64,000 bases of DNA from a bacterium (lineage in GTDB: Bacteria; Bacillota; DTU030; JBMNJR01), in NCBI GenBank assembly GCA_050951765.1, contig JBMNJR010000003.1, positions 195,148-259,147 of the forward strand, given 5' to 3'. Below are positions 57,413-64,000 of the stretch, in pieces. Position 1 is the first letter of the stretch. Each line of letters opens with the position of its first letter. A program made the position numbers and the translations under genes. Under the pieces are notes generated by a model. The model did no database searches. It was not told the DNA's origin and worked only from the letters and a program-made list of their open reading frames with translations.

Positions 57413-60040
57413 CTAATTCTTCCCACAACAACGCTTATATTTCTTTCCACTGCCACATGGGCAAGGGTCATTGCGCCCTATTTTCTTCCCTTCCCGGCGA
57501 ACCGGAGCGGCAGGGCCGGCTTTGTCCCCCTGCTCACCTGTTACAACCGCCTGCTGTCTTCGCTGGGGCTGTTTGTGCACATTAACCTTAAAAGCATAGC
57601 GAACAATGTCTTCCCTGATCCGGGCAATCAAACCCTGAAACATTTGATAAGCTTCATGTTTATACTCGGTCAAGGGGTCTCGCTGGCCGTAAGCCCTAAG
57701 TCCAATTCCCTCCCGGAGCGAGTCCATTACATCCAGATGTTCCATCCACTTACTATCCACCACCCTGAGAATAACAACCCGTTCCATTTCCCGCATGGCT
57801 TCTTCCCCAAAAGCCTCTTCCCGCTGTTGATAATACGCTTTAGCTTTTTCCATAATTAAGTTGTGCAGATCTTCCCGTTCAATACCCTTTATCTCCTCAA
57901 TATCTACAAAGCCCTGCTCCCACATACTCTGTTCCAGGGCAGTAAGCAAACCGGGCAAATCCCAATAATCGGGAGTCATATCCCGGTTACAATAACTGTC
58001 CAGCAAATTATCAACCACATCGCCGGTCATGGCCAAAATATTGTCTTTTAGATCACGTCCTTCCAAAACATCCCGCCGCTGTTGGTAGATAACTTCCCGC
58101 TGCTTATTAATCACATCATCATATTCCAAAAGGCGTTTGCGGATACTGAAATTCCTTGCTTCCACTTTCCGCTGGGCATTTTCAATCGCCCGCGTAATCA
58201 GCCGGTGTTCGATGGGCTGATCCTCCTCCAGCCCCAACCGTTCCATAATGCCGCTGATATTGTCAGAACCGAAAAGCCGCATCAAGTCATCTTCTAAGGA
58301 GAGATAAAATCTTGATGAACCAGGATCGCCTTGCCGCCCTGCCCGCCCCCGCAGCTGGTTGTCAATCCGCCGCGCTTCATGCCGCTCAGTGCCAATAATA
58401 TGCAATCCCCCAAGTTCCACAACTCGCTTATGTTCTTCATCGGTTTCCAATTTTTTTTGCGCAATAACCCGTTGCACTTCTTCTGGAGTAACCTCTATTC
58501 CCTCCCGTTGTGCCAATTCCTTCCGCGCTAAAAATTCCGGATTGCCGCCCAATAATATATCTGTGCCTCGTCCGGCCATATTAGTGGCAATGGTCACCAT
58601 ACCCAGCCGTCCTGCTTGCGCTACAATTTCCGCTTCCTTTTCATGATACTTGGCATTCAAAACATTATGGGGTATACCCCGCTGCTGCAGCAAGCGGCTT
58701 AAGTATTCCGATTTTTCAATGGAAACCGTACCGACCAAAGTCGGTTGACCCCTGCCATAGCATTCTACAATCTCCTCTACCACTGCCCGGAACTTGGCTT
58801 TTTCATTTTTGTAGACAACATCTGGATAATCTACCCTAATCATTGGCTCATTGGTTGGAATCACTACCACATCAAGACCATAAATTTTCCGGAATTCATC
58901 CTCTTCGGTAACCGCAGTTCCGGTCATACCAGCCAATTTATCATACATGCGAAAATAATTCTGGAAGGTGATACTGGCCAAGGTTTGGCTTCTGCTCTCA
59001 ATCTTGACCCCTTCTTTGGCTTCAATTGCCTGGTGCAGGCCGTCACTATATCTGCGCCCATGCATAAGCCGGCCGGTGAATTCATCCACAATAATTATTT
59101 GCCCATCCTTAACCACATAATCACGATCCTTTTTCATCAACACATGGGCTTTCAATGATTGGTTCACCTGGTTTAAGATCTCCTGGCTTTCCTCGCTATC
59201 ATCATAGAGATTATCAATTCCCAGTTGTTTTTCTACCTGGGCAACTCCCGCTTCCTCCAAGTGCACTGATTTCGTCTTTTCCTCTACATTATAATGGACA
59301 CCTTCCCGTAAACGGGAAACCACCTGATTAACTTGATAGAATAACTCCGTCGGCTGTGGTACCTGGCCGGATATAATCAATGGAGTCCGGGCTTCATCAA
59401 TCAAAATACTGTCTACCTCATCGATAATAGCATAAGACAATCGTCGTTGCACCATCTGCTCCCGTCTTACCACCATATTGTCCCTAAGATAATCAAAACC
59501 AAATTCATTATTGGTACCATAAGTAATGTCAGCAGCATAAGCCGCCTGCCGCTCCCGATGATCTAGACCATGTACAATTAACCCGACCGAAAGACCTAAA
59601 AACTTATAAATCTGTCCCATCCATTCGCTGTCCCGGCGCGCCAGATAATCGTTAACCGTAACAATATGCACTCCCCGGCCGGTCAAGGCGTTCAGATATG
59701 CCGGCAATGTAGCCACTAAGGTTTTACCCTCCCCGGTCTTCATCTCTGCAATCCGGCCTTGGTGTAAAACAATGCCCCCCATTAACTGCACATCAAAATG
59801 CCGCATACTTAAAACCCGCCGGGAAGCCTCCCTGACAACGGCAAAAGCCTCCGGCAGAATATCCTCTAAAGTATCCCCTTTTGCTAACCTTTCTTTAAAC
59901 GCAAAGGTTTTAGCCTTGAGTTCGTCATCCCGTGCCAGTTTCATCCGTGCTTCCAAGGCATTGATCTGCTCTACCGTTTTTTGCAGTCGCTTAATTTCCT
60001 TTTCGTTATCATCAAAAAACCTTTTCAATAAGCCCAACAA
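57413..60040 (-). CDS. secA: preprotein translocase ATPase SecA
   Basis: 875-aa ORF (MLGLLKRFF...) with DEAD-like motor motifs and the C-terminal Zn finger [17 protein letters not shown] start. Confidence 0.98.
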   Translation of the reverse strand: MLGLLKRFFDDNEKEIKRLQKTVEQINALEARMKLARDDELKAKTFAFKERLAKGDTLEDILPEAFAVVREASRRVLSMRHFDVQLMGGIVLHQGRIAEMKTGEGKTLVATLPAYLNALTGRGVHIVTVNDYLARRDSEWMGQIYKFLGLSVGLIVHGLDHRERQAAYAADITYGTNNEFGFDYLRDNMVVRREQMVQRRLSYAIIDEVDSILIDEARTPLIISGQVPQPTELFYQVNQVVSRLREGVHYNVEEKTKSVHLEEAGVAQVEKQLGIDNLYDDSEESQEILNQVNQSLKAHVLMKKDRDYVVKDGQIIIVDEFTGRLMHGRRYSDGLHQAIEAKEGVKIESRSQTLASITFQNYFRMYDKLAGMTGTAVTEEDEFRKIYGLDVVVIPTNEPMIRVDYPDVVYKNEKAKFRAVVEEIVECYGRGQPTLVGTVSIEKSEYLSRLLQQRGIPHNVLNAKYHEKEAEIVAQAGRLGMVTIATNMAGRGTDILLGGNPEFLARKELAQREGIEVTPEEVQRVIAQKKLETDEEHKRVVELGGLHIIGTERHEARRIDNQLRGRAGRQGDPGSSRFYLSLEDDLMRLFGSDNISGIMERLGLEEDQPIEHRLITRAIENAQRKVEARNFSIRKRLLEYDDVINKQREVIYQQRRDVLEGRDLKDNILAMTGDVVDNLLDSYCNRDMTPDYWDLPGLLTALEQSMWEQGFVDIEEIKGIEREDLHNLIMEKAKAYYQQREEAFGEEAMREMERVVILRVVDSKWMEHLDVMDSLREGIGLRAYGQRDPLTEYKHEAYQMFQGLIARIREDIVRYAFKVNVHKQPQRRQQAVVTGEQGDKAGPAAPVRREGKKIGRNDPCPCGSGKKYKRCCGKN

Positions 60041-60265
60041 GGTTCAAACACCTCTCTTCCTCTTTGGGCACAACCCCCAAATATCCTCTTAATTTTATCA
60101 TTTACGCTGCCATAAAACAATGGGCACCTATGGGATATAGGTGCCCCATTGCACAAAACATCATTCTGTGGGGATAAACCCCGTCAAATATGAGTTTTGT
60201 CCCTGCCGGGATTATCCCCCTCACCTGCGGCCTTGAAGCCGACGTTTAAGGCGAGTTAGTATGGT

Positions 60266-60293
60266 ATCAAAAACCGGCCTCATAAGGCCGGTC
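60266..60293 (-). terminator. Rho-independent terminator after hpf
   Basis: Minus strand has GACCGGCCT-TATG-AGGCCGGT followed by TTTTGATA. Confidence 0.75.
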
Positions 60294-60302
60294 ATAAACT
60301 TG

Positions 60303-60833
60303 CTATGCAAAAACTGGCTCAATTAAACCATAATTTCCGTCCCGGCGGCGATAAACCACATTTACCTCATCGGTTTCAGCATTGCTGAAAACAAAGAAAT
60401 CGTGGCCCAAAAGATTCATCTGCAAAACCGCTTCATCCACCGGCATTGGTTTCATGGCAAAACGCTTTGTGCGCACAATCTTCGGCTCTTCCTCATATTC
60501 CCGTTCCGGAGCCGGAGCCAGATCCTTAAGGCTGCCGTCTTTCATTTTCCGGGCGATGCGGGTTTTATACTTTTCAATCTGCCGTTCGAGTTTTTCTACT
60601 GCCAAATCAACAGATGCATACATATCATGAGTTTCTTCTTCCGCCCGCAGAATCATGCCTCCATTGAGGGGAACAGTCACCTCCATAATATGACGTTCTT
60701 TCTCCACTGTAAGGGTAGCTGTAGCTTCAATTATGTTGCCAAAGTACCGCGACAATTTCCCCAGCTTTTTCTCCACGTACTCGTGTAAGGCAGGTGTTAC
60801 AGCGATATTTTTTCCCTTTACTACGATCCGCAT
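60303..60833 (-). CDS. hpf: ribosome hibernation promoting factor (long HPF)
   Basis: 176-aa ORF starting MRIVVKGKNI.VTPALHEYVEKKL, with the C-terminal dimerisation domain (FVFSNAETDEVNVVYRRRDGNYGLIEP). Confidence 0.93.
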   Translation of the reverse strand: MRIVVKGKNIAVTPALHEYVEKKLGKLSRYFGNIIEATATLTVEKERHIMEVTVPLNGGMILRAEEETHDMYASVDLAVEKLERQIEKYKTRIARKMKDGSLKDLAPAPEREYEEEPKIVRTKRFAMKPMPVDEAVLQMNLLGHDFFVFSNAETDEVNVVYRRRDGNYGLIEPVFA

Positions 60834-60973
60834 AACACCACTCCTTTGACCTTTTACTATATACTATTCCCTACAGCCGTACAAAATCCTCTCAAAAACA
60901 AGGAAAATATCAAAAACCCCGGTTCAAAAAACCGGGGTAAATGGTCGTTATTTATAACCTGCATAAAAATCAA

Positions 60974-61171
60974 TTACATTTTAACGACATTAGCAGCTTG
61001 TGGGCCTCTTGTGCCTTCAACAATATCAAACTCCACTTGCTGACCCTCAACCAGGGATTTAAATCCTTCCTCCTGGATGGCAGAATAGTGGACGAAAACA
61101 TCGCCACCATCTTCCCGCTCAATAAACCCATAACCTTTTTCTGCATTGAACCATTTAACACGGCCTAACAT
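60974..61171 (-). CDS. cold-shock protein (CspA family)
   Basis: Reads [18 protein letters not shown]...VFVHYSAI, with RNP1 and RNP2 motifs. The start is set at ATG 61171, 9 nt after GGGAGGA. Confidence 0.93.
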   Translation of the reverse strand: MLGRVKWFNAEKGYGFIEREDGGDVFVHYSAIQEEGFKSLVEGQQVEFDIVEGTRGPQAANVVKM

Positions 61172-61276
61172 CTTACACATTCCTCCCTGAAATTACTATG
61201 AGCCATATAAAGCCCACATTTGCATTTGTGTTAATCGTATCACAGCAATCTGACAAAGTCAACTAATTTTACCACA

Positions 61277-61957
61277 TCAACCCTCAAATGATTCCCTCTG
61301 CATCTGAAAGCCGGGGATACTATATTTATTCTCAAGAATATCCACCAATTTAGCGATTATAGAAAGGACTATAACATAAATTACACCCACCAAAAATAGA
61401 ACTTCCAAAGCGCGAAAGGTACTGCTAACCAGCATGTTACCCTGAGCCATTAGTTCCGGTACTGCAATCACGAAGGCAACAGAGGTATATTTAACCATAT
61501 AGATTAATTCATTGGACCAGGGAGGAATAACCAGCCGCAAGGCCTGTGGCAAAATTATATGCCTGATAGCTTGCATTTTTGTCATTCCCAGAGCTTCGGC
61601 AGCCAGCATCTGACCCAAATCGATGGAATTTATGGCTCCCCGAAAGTATTCTGCCTGGTAGGCGCTGCTGTTGATCCCTAAAGCCAAAATAGCGGCAGGC
61701 ACCCGCCCCATGACCAAGCCTACCTCCGCTAAGCCAAAATAGATCAGGAAAAGCTGCACAGTCATGGGCGTACCCCGTACTGCTTCAATATAAGCAACCG
61801 CCACTGCCCGCAATAATCCCCTGCCATAAGTGCGCGCCAAAGACAGGGGTAAACCGATTATCAAGCCCAACAACAAAGACCCTGCTGCCAGCTGTAATGA
61901 TACCTGCAAGCCGCGCATCAGATTAGGCAATATTTTAATAAAAAACTGCCAGTCCAT
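61277..61957 (-). CDS. amino acid ABC transporter permease (HisM/GlnP-type)
   Basis: 226-aa ORF with 5 TM helices and the EAA-like loop (AEALGMTKMQAIRHIILPQAL). Confidence 0.85.
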   Translation of the reverse strand: MDWQFFIKILPNLMRGLQVSLQLAAGSLLLGLIIGLPLSLARTYGRGLLRAVAVAYIEAVRGTPMTVQLFLIYFGLAEVGLVMGRVPAAILALGINSSAYQAEYFRGAINSIDLGQMLAAEALGMTKMQAIRHIILPQALRLVIPPWSNELIYMVKYTSVAFVIAVPELMAQGNMLVSSTFRALEVLFLVGVIYVIVLSIIAKLVDILENKYSIPGFQMQRESFEG

Positions 61958-61969
61958 ATAATAACACCC

Positions 61970-62725
61970 CTAAGCGACGGTAGTGTGCAGATGCGTGATT
62001 TTGCTGATAAACTCTTTTGTCCGTTGCTTTTCCGGGTTCTTAAATATTTTTTCCGGCGTACCCATCTCTGCAATAACACCATTTTCTAAAAACACAATCC
62101 GATCCGCAGCTTCACGGGCAAAACCAAGCTCATGGCTGACCACCAGCATGGTCATCCCCGCTTTAGCCAAGTCTTTCATAACGGCCAATACTTCCCCAAT
62201 TAGTTCCGGGTCTAAGGCAGAAGTTGGTTCGTCAAATAACATCACCTGCGGGTCCATGGCTAAGGCCCTGGCAATGGCAACCCTCTGTTTTTGCCCACCG
62301 GAGAGTTCTGCCGGATAGCTGTTTGCCTTATCGCCCAAGCCAACCCGCATTAGCTCTTGTTCCGCTTTTGCCATCGCTTCTTTTCTATTCATCTTCTTCA
62401 CCTGCACCAAACCAATAGCCACATTGTGCAAGGCAGTTAAGTGATTGAACAGGTTGAAGTCTTGAAAAACCATCCCGATTTTCTGCCTAATCTTGCTTAA
62501 GTTGGTCTTCCCCGTTTCGATCTTCTCTTCCCCTAAATAAATGTCGCCGCTGTCCTGAACTGTTAACTGATTTATACACCGCAGTAAGGTACTTTTACCG
62601 GTGCCGCTAGGGCCGATGAGTACAACTACTTCCCCTTCCTCCACCGACAAAGACACTCCTTTTAATACTTCTAAATCGCCAAAGCTTTTGTAAAGGTTTT
62701 CAATCCTTACAATTGGTTGTCCCAT
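61970..62725 (-). CDS. amino acid ABC transporter ATP-binding protein
   Basis: Walker [10 protein letters not shown], signature LSGGQKQR and Walker [12 protein letters not shown]. Confidence 0.92.
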   Translation of the reverse strand: MGQPIVRIENLYKSFGDLEVLKGVSLSVEEGEVVVLIGPSGTGKSTLLRCINQLTVQDSGDIYLGEEKIETGKTNLSKIRQKIGMVFQDFNLFNHLTALHNVAIGLVQVKKMNRKEAMAKAEQELMRVGLGDKANSYPAELSGGQKQRVAIARALAMDPQVMLFDEPTSALDPELIGEVLAVMKDLAKAGMTMLVVSHELGFAREAADRIVFLENGVIAEMGTPEKIFKNPEKQRTKEFISKITHLHTTVA

Positions 62726-62743
62726 TTATCTCACCTTCCTGTT

Positions 62744-63403
62744 TTATTCAGGAATCCGCAGCTTCTTTTCCATATATAACAAACCTCTGGTTAAAACCAA
62801 TGTTAAAATAAAATAAATAATACCGATTATTATATAGGTCAGCAGTTGGCTGCGGGTACGGGCGCTGACATATTGCCCCCTGCGCATCAAATCGGCAATC
62901 CCCAAGACAAACGCCAAAGAAGAATCTTTCAATACTATGGCAGCTTCGTTAGCCCAATAGGGAATAGCCCGCCGAAGGGCCTGGGGTAAAATAACAGTAA
63001 AAATACACTGCATTTTACTCATGCCCAATGCCAAAGCAGCCTCCATTTGTCCCTTACTGATCGATTGAATTGCTCCCCGGAAGATTTCCAGTTGATAAGC
63101 GCTGGTATGCACTGCAAGGGCCATGACCACAGCAAAAAAAGCAGGCATATTGACCAGCCCATAGGTACCATAATACAAGATGAATAAAATTACTAAAAGC
63201 GGAAGGCTGCGAATTATGCGACTGTAAAAGACGGCAAACGACCGAATAACACCGCGGCTGTAGACCCTAGCCAGCGCCAATAGCAAGCCTGCGGCGGAAC
63301 CCAAAAATAGTGCCAAAAACGTTATTTGGAGAGTTACCCCTACTCCCTGGAGGAAGTAGGGGATTGAATTAATTACCTGTGTTACCTGTGCGCTTATAAC
63401 CAT
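62744..63403 (-). CDS. amino acid ABC transporter permease
   Basis: 219-aa ORF with the EAA-like loop (EAALALGMSKMQCIFTVILPQAL). Confidence 0.85.
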   Translation of the reverse strand: MVISAQVTQVINSIPYFLQGVGVTLQITFLALFLGSAAGLLLALARVYSRGVIRSFAVFYSRIIRSLPLLVILFILYYGTYGLVNMPAFFAVVMALAVHTSAYQLEIFRGAIQSISKGQMEAALALGMSKMQCIFTVILPQALRRAIPYWANEAAIVLKDSSLAFVLGIADLMRRGQYVSARTRSQLLTYIIIGIIYFILTLVLTRGLLYMEKKLRIPE

Positions 63404-64000
63404 TTCGCCTCATCCCATAGCGCAAGTTTTTGACCGATCCCTTTTTCCTGAGCGCTATGATAAATATAATTGGCAACCATGATGTCAAGGCATCCCATGC
63501 CCCGGGAACCAAACATGATTAGCTCATCATCAGTCACCCGTCCCGGTTTGTTGCCAACCACAATGTCTTTCAGCTCAACTACATCCGCTTCGGTTATTAC
63601 TCCTTCTTGCGCCAACTGTAAGAAAACAGACGCCTCATTCTCTTTCATTTGCGCCCAATTATCGACAACCTTTTTATCAGCTTTGGCCAAAACTGCCGCT
63701 TCTACCTCATAGGAGCTCATTTGAATAACCAATGCCCCAAGTTTAACCCATTTTTCCTTCACAAAGGGTTTTCGACTGGTAGTCATAGTTGCGATTACAT
63801 CAGCACCGGTCACTGCCTCTTCAACACTATTAGTAGGAATGATTTCCACCTCGCCGGCAAATTCGGCGGCAATTGTCTCTGCCTTCTCTATACGCAAATC
63901 ACATAAGCGGATTTGTTGTAAGTTGGGCAATACTTCCTTTAATGCCATAATCATTGTCCGGCCGATGACGCCGGCACCTACACAGCCCACAACCTCTGTT
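63394..64000 (-). CDS. ornithine cyclodeaminase/mu-crystallin family protein (5' end outside the window)
   Basis: The frame stays open to base 64000. It has a Rossmann GxGxxG (VGAGVIG) and C-terminal similarity to the OCD/mu-crystallin family. The gene is truncated by the window edge. Confidence 0.65.
   Translation of the reverse strand, partial: TEVVGCVGAGVIGRTMIMALKEVLPNLQQIRLCDLRIEKAETIAAEFAGEVEIIPTNSVEEAVTGADVIATMTTSRKPFVKEKWVKLGALVIQMSSYEVEAAVLAKADKKVVDNWAQMKENEASVFLQLAQEGVITEADVVELKDIVVGNKPGRVTDDELIMFGSRGMGCLDIMVANYIYHSAQEKGIGQKLALWDEAKWL

Noticed and set aside
1-64000. Defence systems, prophage, integrase or transposase genes, CRISPR arrays, toxin-antitoxin pairs and rRNA.
   Set aside because: I looked through all listed ORFs and the intergenic regions and recognised none of these. 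The window is mostly conserved housekeeping and sporulation-related genes.

Overview
The window looks like a core chromosomal segment of a spore-forming Firmicute (Clostridia or Peptococcaceae-like, roughly 45-48% GC by eye). The taxon is inferred from gene content and Bacillus-like synteny only. About 90% of the genes are on the minus strand.

Recognisable blocks, in order:
- M20 peptidase, HMG-CoA-lyase-like protein and family III CoA-transferase
- mutS2, polX (broken), cvpA, zapA, pheT, pheS with a Phe T-box
- TrmH methyltransferase and a TrkA/TrkH-type K+ uptake pair
- rplT, rpmI, infC (ATT start, L20-type leader)
- M20 amidohydrolase, then thrS with a Thr T-box
- a DUF445 protein and ytxC
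- transaldolase and a HAD phosphatase
- tRNA-Val(GAC)
- two DUF2229 (acyl-CoA dehydratase activase-related) genes, one of them broken
- YibQ-like deacetylase, PDZ membrane protein, S41 Ctp peptidase, M23 peptidase, ftsX, ftsE
- a coat-like island: three YheC/YheD ATP-grasp paralogues, a Cys-rich protein, a CAP-domain protein and several ORFans
- split transketolase
- a cell-wall glycan cluster: tagA-like, csaB, O-antigen-ligase-like, DUF4330, GT4
- prfB (programmed +1 frameshift), secA, hpf, csp
- an amino-acid ABC transporter and a truncated ornithine-cyclodeaminase-family gene at the window edge

The most unusual object is a 1,762-bp segment at 22900-24661. It has no credible ORF, is bounded by a perfect 11-bp direct repeat and imperfect inverted ends, and sits exactly between a stop codon and the thrS promoter.

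Secondary observations:
- a dispersed intergenic repeat family (at least 4 copies) with a conserved hairpin
- three unprogrammed frame breaks, each consistent with one extra base (polX twice, DUF2229 once)
- the ATP-grasp/ORFan coat-like island, with two free-standing 30-codon lysine-rich mini-ORFs

I saw no CRISPR array, rRNA, intact transposase, prophage genes or recognisable defence genes. All protein calls come from motif and family recognition by eye on the supplied translations. No searches were run.
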